From positions 3,901-67,900 of the forward strand of contig JBFFRY010000002.1 in the NCBI GenBank assembly GCA_041572755.1: 64,000 nt of DNA, given 5' to 3'. The position numbers and the translations under genes are program-made. Under the pieces are notes generated by a model. It made no database searches. It saw nothing but the letters and a program-made list of their open reading frames with translations, and was not told the DNA's origin. Positions 57,216 through 64,000 of this stretch are shown one piece after another; position 1 is the first letter of the stretch, and each line of letters opens with the position of its first letter. The stretch comes from Acidimicrobiia bacterium (GTDB lineage Bacteria > Actinomycetota > Acidimicrobiia > Spongiisociales > UBA11373).

Positions 57216-58080
57216 GGCGCGCCAGGCGCGCCATCAGGTCGGCGATCAGCCCGATGGCCACGATCTGGAGCGACACGATGGTGAGGATGATCGCGTTGCT
57301 GGTGATCCGAAGGTTCTTGTCGAAGGCGTCGTAGCCGACTTTGGCGGCCGCCATCACCAACAGGAGCATGCCCAGCGGCATGAACACCCGGAGCGGATTG
57401 AACGTCATGATCATGCGTACCACTTGCATGAAGTAGTTGGCGGTGTCGCGGCGCCAATGGAACTTCGACTTGCCGGCTCTGGGGTGGTATTCGATGGGCA
57501 CGTACTTGACGGGGTGGCCTCGTGACAGGAACGCCATGGATATGGTGCTGACACAGGAGAACCCGTTGGGCAGCAGGTAGAGGTAGGGGAGCGCCACGGT
57601 CCTGCGAAAGGCCCGGAACCCGGTGTTGAGGTCCGGGATCTTCTTGCGCACCAGATACGAGGCCAGTCTGCGGATGAACCACTTTGCCGGGACCCGCGCC
57701 CAGCGATGGGTCCCCTCCTCGGTGCGGCGGGCCCCGATCACCTGGTCGTATCCGGGGGTCAACTCGTCGACCAGGTCGGCGATCTTGTCGTTCGGGTACG
57801 ACATGTCGGCGTCCGACCACACCACGATGCTCCCCCGGGCGGCCCGCGTCCCCTGCTTGCGGGCGTAACCCGAGCCCTGATTCTCGGCCACCTCGATCAA
57901 CTTGATCCCGTCGATCCCCCGCAGGATCTCGGTGGACCCATCGGTGGAAGCGTCGTCGACCACGATGATCTCGTAGGCGTAGGGGGAGCCGTCGAGACCC
58001 TTGCGGATGCGCGTGATCTCGTCGGTGAGGTGACCCGCCTCGTTGTGGACGGGCAGGACGACGCTGACGTCGATGGACAC
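57205..58080 (-). CDS. GT2 polyprenyl-phosphate glycosyltransferase (Dpm1/Ppm1/ArnC/GtrB-like) with a C-terminal TM anchor; 11-nt overlap with the GT-C gene.
   Basis: VSVVLPVHNEAGHL, VVDDASTDGS, DADMSYP (DxD), a QXXRW-less short GT2 core, C-terminal TM helices. 291 aa. Confidence 0.9.
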   Translation of the reverse strand: MSIDVSVVLPVHNEAGHLTDEITRIRKGLDGSPYAYEIIVVDDASTDGSTEILRGIDGIKLIEVAENQGSGYARKQGTRAARGSIVVWSDADMSYPNDKIADLVDELTPGYDQVIGARRTEEGTHRWARVPAKWFIRRLASYLVRKKIPDLNTGFRAFRRTVALPYLYLLPNGFSCVSTISMAFLSRGHPVKYVPIEYHPRAGKSKFHWRRDTANYFMQVVRMIMTFNPLRVFMPLGMLLLVMAAAKVGYDAFDKNLRITSNAIILTIVSLQIVAIGLIADLMARLARRDE

Positions 58081-58198
58081 GGCTTCCTCTCGGGTGGATG
58101 CCGACCGAAGGGTAGCGCCAGGTGGTCCCGGCGGGATCAGGGAGCGGTTTCCATTTCGCGGCCGCGAGCGGCGGCGGTGGCGACGTCAGCGGTAGGGG

Positions 58199-58585
58199 TT
58201 ACTCCCAGAAGGCGTCGGCGGCGTATTGGTCCTGGAACGAGATCCAGGCTTCGGTGACCTTGCCGTCGGCGACGTGGAAAGTGATGACCTGCTGCAACGT
58301 CACGGTGTTGCCCTTGCGGGTCATCGTGACGTCGACGAGGGCCACCGCGTGGTCGTCGTCGGCGAGGACGGCATGGAGATCCTGATTGAAGGATTCGACC
58401 TCGGAGGCGAAGCGGCCGAAATTGGCGAACACCGCTTCCTTGCCCTCGAAGGTGCCGGCCATCATGCTCTTGCCGGACGAATGCCACACGGCGTCGTCGC
58501 TGAACAGTGCATCCATGGCGGCCATGTCTCCGCTGGCGAAGGCAGCGAACCCTTTGCGCACCAGATCGGTGTTGGGATGCGACAT
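58199..58585 (-). CDS. NTF2-like (SnoaL / ketosteroid-isomerase-like) superfamily protein.
   Basis: 128 aa; NTDLVRKGFAAFASGDMAAMDALFSDDAVWH is the typical SnoaL-like N-terminus. Confidence 0.75.
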   Translation of the reverse strand: MSHPNTDLVRKGFAAFASGDMAAMDALFSDDAVWHSSGKSMMAGTFEGKEAVFANFGRFASEVESFNQDLHAVLADDDHAVALVDVTMTRKGNTVTLQQVITFHVADGKVTEAWISFQDQYAADAFWE

Positions 58586-58732
58586 CGTTCCTCACTCCCC
58601 TTTCGTTGTGCCCGCCGCGCTGGGCGGCGGGTACCCCCTCCTGTTGAGCGTCGCTCAGATCGGCCCGGACTCTAGACAAGGGTCGGGCTTGTGCACAATC
58701 GCACAAAGTTCCGGGAGTCGAGGGGTGGCTGG

Positions 58733-58779
58733 TGGGCCCGGCTGGGTTCGAACCAGCGACCTCGTCCTTATCAGGGACG
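58733..58779 (-). pseudogene. Partial tRNA-Ile: a 47-nt copy of the 3' half of the nearby tRNA-Ile(GAU) (anticodon arm, variable loop, T arm, 3' acceptor strand, plus an encoded CCA). Candidate att-site direct repeat.
   Basis: 58733-58779 tgggcccggctgggttcgaaccagcgacctcgtccttatcagggacg vs 60790-60836 tgggcccggctggattcgaaccagcgacctcatccttatcagggatg (44/47 identical). Upstream sequence diverges; there is no D-arm or 5' acceptor strand. Confidence 0.65.
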
Positions 58780-59184
58780 AGAGGGGTGTTTCGTTGACCC
58801 GGGGTCGTGCCCGAAACCCCATAGGTGACAACAACTTCCACCCGGCACTCCGGTGCGCCTCGGTGCACTGCTTCGCGGGGCCGCGCGGACTCCATGCGGA
58901 CTCCACAAGACAACCAAACAGGTGGTTGGGCTGCAGCTTGGTTTTGGGGTGCCCATGCACAAGAGGAGGCCGCCCCCCTTGGGGACGGGGAACACATGCC
59001 GCACTTCCCCCGCGCAAATGCACCGGCTCCAGGACATGGCCCAATGCGGGATCATCCGGCAGGAACCTCGTTCGAGGCGCGATGGTGCGGATTGCCCCGA
59101 CGGCTAACCCATCCGGTCGCTACAGTGACCGTTCCGCACGGCCACTCTGGACCGGAGTGGCCGTCTGTCCGTTCAAGGAGAGCC

Positions 59185-60636
59185 ATGGGCAACAACCGGA
59201 TGATCCGTCGACTGGTGCTGGTGATGGCGCTCGTGGTCGTTGCGTGTGGCGACTCGACGGGCACGTCGACCACAACGGGTCCGGGCTCCTCCTCATCGAC
59301 GGAGGGGACGGCGGCTCCATCCACCTCTGCCCCAACCACCACGACCAGCCTCGCCTCAGAGGGAACCGCGGGCTCGTCGACCACGATCGCCGGTGGCTTC
59401 GACGTCGCCGTCGGCGAGTTCTGTGTGACCGGGACCGCTTCCGACGACACGCTCAATCTGCGGGCGGGGCCCGGAACCGAGTTCGAGGACATCGGGGACC
59501 TGGCGTTCGATGCCACGGGCGTCCGCAACACGGGTGCCGGGGCCTACGACCAGCAGGGTCGGCCGTGGTTCGAAGTCGCCGTCGGTGACGGCACGGCATG
59601 GGTTGCATCGTGGTTCTTGATCGCCGCTCCCTGTGAAGCGTCGTCGGGGTTGGTCGAGCCCGACGACGTGGGCGACGATCGGAGGATCGCGGCCCAGTTC
59701 GTGGTCCTGGGCCACAACGGTTTCAGCGTGGGCGATGCGTTCTTCCCGCTGGGATTCGGGCACGGTGTGGACGACGACGAGGTCGTCGCCGTGATGACGG
59801 ACTGGTTGTGGCCTCCCGTCTTCGACTCCGGATGGGAGCCAGACCCGAACACCCCCGGTGCCGAACGGCGTCGGGTGGTGTGGGGCGACGTCACCGAAGG
59901 GGTGCGGACCCCGGGCTCGGGATTCACCCTCTACTTCTCCAACGACGTGGGCAAGCTCGATACGACACCCGGTGGGCTCCTGTGCGACCCGGTGTGCTTG
60001 AACGGGTTCTCCTTTGGCGGGCAACCCGGCGGTATCGCGACGGTGATGCCGGGTATCACGGTCGGCAGCACGATCGGTGAGGTGACGGCGGCCGTGAGCG
60101 TATACCGGCCCGACGTCGGGCTGAACCTCTTCGAGTGGGTCGAGGGGGCGTGGTGGCAACTCGAGGCGGGCAACGGAGAGTTCGGGATCCTGTGCTTCGC
60201 CACCGGCCCCTCCGGCTTCCAGCCTCCCGACACCGCAGTGGTTCGCCACATCGGTGCCGGGTTTGGGCCGGGCTGCTCGCCGGACGGTGACGTCGCCACC
60301 GACCCGAGGGCCTATTACCTGGTCGAAGCCCTGGCCCCTGAGCTGGGAGGTTTCGCCGTGGCCCGCGACGGCGCCATCGTGCGGGGCACCCAGGACGCCT
60401 ACGTCGTCGACTACCGGTCGTGCTGCAAGGGCGACACGCTGTACGCCACCATCAGCTCACCCGAAGGCAACGCAGTGTTCTCGGTCTACGGGCCCGGGGG
60501 CGAGCTGCTGGCGAGCGAGGCAACGACGGTCGATCTCGAACTCGAGGCGGGCGGCGAATACTGGATCACAGTTGGGTCGACGCGCGGGAACGCCTCGTAC
60601 AGCATCGAGATCGGCCTCAGCGAAGACGCCTCCTGA
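59185..60636 (+). CDS. Secreted lipoprotein with an SH3b-like domain, a central unknown domain and a C-terminal PPC-like domain. The start was re-assigned to the ATG at 59185 after the RBS aaggagag.
   Basis: MGNNRMIRRLVLVMALVVVACG (lipobox). S/T-rich linker. LNLRAGPGTEFEDIG...WFEV..GTAWVASWFL (SH3b-like). C-terminal TLYATISSPEGNAVFSVYGPGGELL...GEYWITVGSTRGNASYSIEI (PPC-like). The ORF-track N-terminal 120 aa cross the tRNA fragment and are not credible. Confidence 0.65.
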   Translation: MGNNRMIRRLVLVMALVVVACGDSTGTSTTTGPGSSSSTEGTAAPSTSAPTTTTSLASEGTAGSSTTIAGGFDVAVGEFCVTGTASDDTLNLRAGPGTEFEDIGDLAFDATGVRNTGAGAYDQQGRPWFEVAVGDGTAWVASWFLIAAPCEASSGLVEPDDVGDDRRIAAQFVVLGHNGFSVGDAFFPLGFGHGVDDDEVVAVMTDWLWPPVFDSGWEPDPNTPGAERRRVVWGDVTEGVRTPGSGFTLYFSNDVGKLDTTPGGLLCDPVCLNGFSFGGQPGGIATVMPGITVGSTIGEVTAAVSVYRPDVGLNLFEWVEGAWWQLEAGNGEFGILCFATGPSGFQPPDTAVVRHIGAGFGPGCSPDGDVATDPRAYYLVEALAPELGGFAVARDGAIVRGTQDAYVVDYRSCCKGDTLYATISSPEGNAVFSVYGPGGELLASEATTVDLELEAGGEYWITVGSTRGNASYSIEIGLSEDAS

Positions 60637-60712
60637 CGCCACCTACCGGATCCGAACACGACAGAGCCCCCGGGACACCCCGGAGTTCAAGCTCCGAGGC
60701 CCGTTTCTCTCT

Positions 60713-60743
60713 TTCGGGTGGGGGTGTCACTCACCCACCCGAA
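60713..60743. terminator. 10-bp GC-rich hairpin (TTCGGGTGGG ... CCCACCCGAA) between the convergent lipoprotein gene and tRNA-Ile; terminator-like.
   Basis: Inverted repeat read directly. It lacks a clean U-tract on either strand (aaaaccc / aaagagag follow), so it would be a factor-assisted or weak intrinsic terminator. Confidence 0.35.
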
Positions 60744-60789
60744 AACCCAACCTATCCAGACCCCCCGCAAGTCATGGAGTCCTGAGGAG

Positions 60790-60864
60790 TGGGCCCGGCT
60801 GGATTCGAACCAGCGACCTCATCCTTATCAGGGATGCGCTCTAACCGGGCTGAGCTACGGGCCC
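60790..60864 (-). tRNA. tRNA-Ile (anticodon GAU), 75 nt, CCA not encoded.
   Basis: The minus-strand transcript GGGCCCGTAGCTCAGCCCGGTTAGAGCGCATCCCTGATAAGGATGAGGTCGCTGGTTCGAATCCAGCCGGGCCCA folds as a cloverleaf: 7-bp acceptor, D-arm GCTC/GAGC, anticodon loop CTGATAA, T-arm GCTGG/CCAGC with TTCGAAT loop. Confidence 0.9.
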
Positions 60865-60935
60865 CCGCGGCGCGCGAGTGTACCAAAGGCGACCGCGCTG
60901 CCTTCCGGGCCGTCCCGTCTCGAGGCGAGCGCCCT

Positions 60936-62099
60936 CTACCCCGCCCCGTTGGCCCTCCGGAACACCGCGGCGGCACCCATGCCGCCGCCGATGCACATGC
61001 TCACGACGCCGTACTCCACCGCCCGCCGCTGCATCTCGTGGAGCAGCGTGGCGGTCAGCTTGGCCCCGGTGCACCCGAGCGGGTGGCCGAGGGCGATGGC
61101 GCCGCCGTTGACGTTCACGATCTCGGGATCGAGCCCCAGTTCCCGGATGCAGTAGAGCGCCTGGCTGGCGAACGCCTCGTTGAGCTCGACGAGTCCCACG
61201 TCGGCGAGCGTGATGCCGGCCGCGTCGACCGCCTTGGGAATAGCCACCGAAGGCCCGATACCCATCTCGTCCGGGTGGACCCCGGCCACCTGGAAGGTGA
61301 TCAGCTCGGCGAGCGGCTCGAAGCCCAGCTCGGCTGCCTTCTCCCTCTTCATCAGCAGCTCGATCGCCGCCCCGTCGGACATCTGCGAGGAGTTGCCCGC
61401 AGTCGAGGCGCCATCGGCCTTGAAGGCGGGCCGCAGCTTGGCCAGGCCCTCGAGTGTGCTCTCCCGCGGCCCCTCGTCGGTGTCGACGACGATGTCCCGC
61501 CCGTTCAGCCGCGTCTCGATGGGGATGATCTCCTCCTTGAAGCGCCCCTCGCGCAGGGCGGCGACGGCCCGGTTCTGCGATTCGAGCGCAAAGGCGTCCT
61601 GCTCCTCGCGGGTCACGTTGTAGCGGGCGGCCACGTTCTCGCTGGTGATGCCCATCGACTCGTAGGCGGTGGTGAAGTTCTCCGCCAGCCACGGGTTCGG
61701 CGACGGCTTCTGACCCCCCATCGGAACCATCGTCATCGACTCGACGCCGCCGCTGAGGACGACGTCGGAGAATCCGGCGCTGATCTGGGCGGCTCCGGTG
61801 GCGAGCGTCTGCAGCCCGGAGGAGCAGAAGCGGTTCATCGTCATTCCCGGCACCTCGACCGGCAGTCCGGCCCGCAGCGAAGCGATGCGGGCCACGTTCA
61901 TGCCCTGCTCGGCTTCCGGCATCGCACAACCGACGATCACGTCGTCGATCACGGCAGGATCCAGTTCGGGAACCTGCTTGAGGAACCCCTCGATGAGCAG
62001 ACCCAACAGTTCGTCGGGGCGCGTCTGGCTGAAAGCGCCCCGCTGTGCCTTCCCCACCGCGGTGCGGTAGGCGTGAGTCACCACGACTCCTGTACTCAT
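60936..62099 (-). CDS. fadA: Acetyl-CoA C-acyltransferase (3-ketoacyl-CoA thiolase). The start was re-assigned to the ATG at 62099 ([18 protein letters not shown]...).
   Basis: Active-site Cys (NRFCSSGL), [28 protein letters not shown]. The ORF-track N-terminal 54 aa overlap the fadB end. Confidence 0.9.
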   Translation of the reverse strand: MSTGVVVTHAYRTAVGKAQRGAFSQTRPDELLGLLIEGFLKQVPELDPAVIDDVIVGCAMPEAEQGMNVARIASLRAGLPVEVPGMTMNRFCSSGLQTLATGAAQISAGFSDVVLSGGVESMTMVPMGGQKPSPNPWLAENFTTAYESMGITSENVAARYNVTREEQDAFALESQNRAVAALREGRFKEEIIPIETRLNGRDIVVDTDEGPRESTLEGLAKLRPAFKADGASTAGNSSQMSDGAAIELLMKREKAAELGFEPLAELITFQVAGVHPDEMGIGPSVAIPKAVDAAGITLADVGLVELNEAFASQALYCIRELGLDPEIVNVNGGAIALGHPLGCTGAKLTATLLHEMQRRAVEYGVVSMCIGGGMGAAAVFRRANGAG

Positions 62100-62110
62100 T
62101 GGTGTGCTCC

Positions 62111-64000
62111 TTAGTTCCGCAACGGCTTGCCGGTTTCCAACATGTGCATGATGCGAGCCATCGTCTTCTCCTCGCCGCACAGGCTCAGGAAGGCCTCGCG
62201 TTCGAGGTCCAGGAAGTCCTGCTCGGTCCTGCGGGTGCCGCTCGGCACCGAGCCGCCGCACAGCACGGTGGCGAGTTTCCTGCCGATGTGCTCGTCGTAC
62301 TCGCTGATGTACTCGCCCTCGCGCATGCCGTGGATCGCCACCGTGAGCGCAGCGATGCCGCCGTCACCGGGGACCGGTACGGTGCTCGGCATCGGGGGCT
62401 TGAAGCCCATCGCCCCCATCGCCAGGACGTCGGCCTTGGCATCCGCCAGTACGGCGTCGGCGTTCAGGGTGATGCGATCGGTGGGCTTGAGGAACCCGAG
62501 GTCGCGGGCTTCCTCGGCGCTGGTCGACACCGTCGCCGAGCCGATCGTGGTGAAGATCTTTTCCATGAACGGGAAGGTGTCGGCCTTCACTCCCGGCGGG
62601 ATGCTCCCGTAGAAGCGGAAGGCCATCTCCTTGCATCCGCCGCCGGCCGGGATCACCCCCACACCCAGCTCCACCAGCCCGATGTAGCTCTCGGCGGAAG
62701 CCCGTACCGCGTTGCCGTGCATCACGATCTCGCAGCCGCCGCCCAGGGCCATGCCGCGGGGAGCGACCACGACCGGGCCGTCGCAGTACTTCATCCTCAT
62801 GACGACTCGCTGGAGTTCGACGAGGGCCTCGTCGATCTGATCCCACTGCTGGTTCATGGCCGCCATGGCGATCAGGCCCACGTTGGCCCCCACCGAGAAG
62901 TTGGGCGCCTCGTTTCCCACCACCAGGCCGACCAGTTCTCCCGCGTCGACCAGGTCGCAGCCCTTGTCGAGCATCTCGGAGATCGAAGGATCGAGGGAGT
63001 TCATCTTGGTGTGGAACTCCACGCAACCCACCCCGTCGCCCATGTCGTAGAGGGTGGCCCCTTCGTTGCGGTCGATGATCATCTCCCGATCGGCGAGCGA
63101 TGGGAGGAAGATGAGCCGTTCGGCCACCGGCTCCGGCACATAGTCCTCCTCGACCACGTCCCAGTAGTACCGGACGCCGTCGCGGGTCACGTACCAGGAG
63201 CCTTGGCCCCGCTTGAGCAGGTGCTCGACGACATCGGGGACGTCCATGCCCTCCTCACGCATCCGCTGCACCGAGGCTTCGAGGCCGATGGCGTCCCAGG
63301 TCTCGAAGGGACCCAGCTCGAAGCCGAACCCCCACCGCAGCGCCCGGTCGACGTTGATGATGTCGTCGGCGATCTCACCGAGCAGCTGTGCCGAGTAGAT
63401 GCAGTTCTCGGCGGTGACCTTCCACGCCATGCGGCCGTGGTCGTCGTCGAACCACACCATCTCCTTGATCATCTCGGCGGTGGTGTCCTTCACCCGAGCC
63501 GCCCCAATGGACGGCAGCTTGGCCGGGGGCTGCTCGACGTAATCCATGGTGTCGAAGTCGAGGGCGAGAATCTGCGTCTTGCCCTCGGCGTCCTTCGACT
63601 TCTTGTAGAAGCCGGCCCCGGTCTTTGCCCCAAGCCGGCCTTCCTCGACGAGGGTGGCGAACGGCCCCGGCAGCACGAAGCGATCGATCCACGGGTCGTC
63701 GGGGCAGCCCTCGGCGATCGTGTTGAGCACGTGTGCCATCGTGTCCAACCCGACGACGTCGGCGGTCCGGAAGATCGCCGACTTGGGGCGGCCCATGGCC
63801 GAGCCGAACACCTTGTCGGTCTCGGTCACCCCGATGCCGAACTCGGACATCCAGTGGAAGACCGACGTCATCCCGAAGGTGCCGATGCGATTGGCGATGA
63901 AGTTGGGGGTGTCCTTGACGTAGACGATCCCCTTGCCGAGGACGTTCTCGCCGAAGTCGGCCATCGCCGCAAACAGTTCCGGATCCGTCTCCGGGAGCGG
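62111..64000 (-). CDS. fadB: Fatty-acid oxidation multifunctional protein (3-hydroxyacyl-CoA dehydrogenase / enoyl-CoA hydratase, FadB/FadJ-like), 3' portion. The gene continues beyond the window end (the frame stays open through 64000).
   Basis: 3HCDH C-terminal domain followed by the crotonase fold (GGGCEIVMHGNAVRASAESYIGLVELGVGVIPAGGGC...). The last 36 nt of the window translate in frame (…PLPETDPELFAAMADF…). Confidence 0.85.
   Translation of the reverse strand, partial: PLPETDPELFAAMADFGENVLGKGIVYVKDTPNFIANRIGTFGMTSVFHWMSEFGIGVTETDKVFGSAMGRPKSAIFRTADVVGLDTMAHVLNTIAEGCPDDPWIDRFVLPGPFATLVEEGRLGAKTGAGFYKKSKDAEGKTQILALDFDTMDYVEQPPAKLPSIGAARVKDTTAEMIKEMVWFDDDHGRMAWKVTAENCIYSAQLLGEIADDIINVDRALRWGFGFELGPFETWDAIGLEASVQRMREEGMDVPDVVEHLLKRGQGSWYVTRDGVRYYWDVVEEDYVPEPVAERLIFLPSLADREMIIDRNEGATLYDMGDGVGCVEFHTKMNSLDPSISEMLDKGCDLVDAGELVGLVVGNEAPNFSVGANVGLIAMAAMNQQWDQIDEALVELQRVVMRMKYCDGPVVVAPRGMALGGGCEIVMHGNAVRASAESYIGLVELGVGVIPAGGGCKEMAFRFYGSIPPGVKADTFPFMEKIFTTIGSATVSTSAEEARDLGFLKPTDRITLNADAVLADAKADVLAMGAMGFKPPMPSTVPVPGDGGIAALTVAIHGMREGEYISEYDEHIGRKLATVLCGGSVPSGTRRTEQDFLDLEREAFLSLCGEEKTMARIMHMLETGKPLRN

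Noticed and set aside
58733-58900. Possibility that the tRNA-like segment is the 3' end of a tmRNA (ssrA).
   Set aside because: It retains a complete tRNA-Ile anticodon arm (CTGATAA loop), which tmRNA lacks, and no GGGG..TTCGAC-type 5' tRNA-like partner or tag-peptide reading frame was found upstream.
58733-58900. Possibility that the tRNA-like segment is an intron-containing or otherwise split tRNA-Ile.
   Set aside because: The anticodon loop is contiguous and no D-arm / 5' acceptor sequence lies within 300 nt.
58800-59184. RNase P RNA, SRP RNA or 6S RNA in the long non-coding stretch.
   Set aside because: None of the universally conserved blocks (e.g. P4 AGGAAAGTCCGGGC of RNase P RNA, SRP domain IV GGAA..AGCAG motif) could be found on either strand.

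Overview
High-GC (about 68-70% by eye) Actinomycetota chromosome segment spanning the replication-origin region. The conserved core lies at about 19.3-37.6 kb: ECF sigma / anti-sigma, trxB-trxA-cwlM (+ strand); parB-parA-rsmG-jag-yidC-yidD-rnpA-rpmH (- strand); a 460-nt rpmH-dnaA intergenic region with a DnaA-box cluster (candidate oriC); then dnaA-dnaN-recF-dciA(DUF721)-gyrB-gyrA-DUF3566 (+ strand). This is the gene order known around oriC in Mycobacterium (Rv3911..Rv0007). The flanks carry accessory genes. Upstream (1-19 kb): a partial AtuA-like gene, a tandem-domain YpfJ-like Zn-metallopeptidase lipoprotein, a GT4 / SDR-DUF2867 / DUF1295 trio, two ABC-2 exporter pairs, an ArsM-like methyltransferase, a Lon N-domain protein, a PPC-domain lipoprotein, a CCA-adding enzyme, an orphan PilT, an HDAC-family gene, a GNAT and a DegV. 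Downstream (37.6-64 kb): a cobalamin riboswitch in front of a BtuF/FecCD/ATPase importer, a VIT-family iron transporter, PPK2, MalQ, an M23 peptidase, SurE, a hotdog thioesterase, a 740-aa beta-propeller lipoprotein, DUF523-DUF1722, and an F420-type DUF385 reductase. Then a compact 6.6-kb cluster of three PAPS-type sulfotransferases of different families interleaved with GT4, GT-C (PMT/ArnT-like) and GT2 (Dpm1-like) glycosyltransferases (candidate sulfated-glycoconjugate pathway, the most unusual feature), an NTF2-like protein, a tRNA-Ile(GAU) whose 3' half is duplicated 2 kb away bracketing a single SH3b-PPC lipoprotein gene (integration-site remnant), and fadA-fadB (running off the window). 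Many ORF-track models are N-terminally over-extended or are antisense shadow ORFs typical of high-GC DNA. Starts were re-assigned where sequence evidence allowed; all coordinates derived by hand may be off by a few nt.
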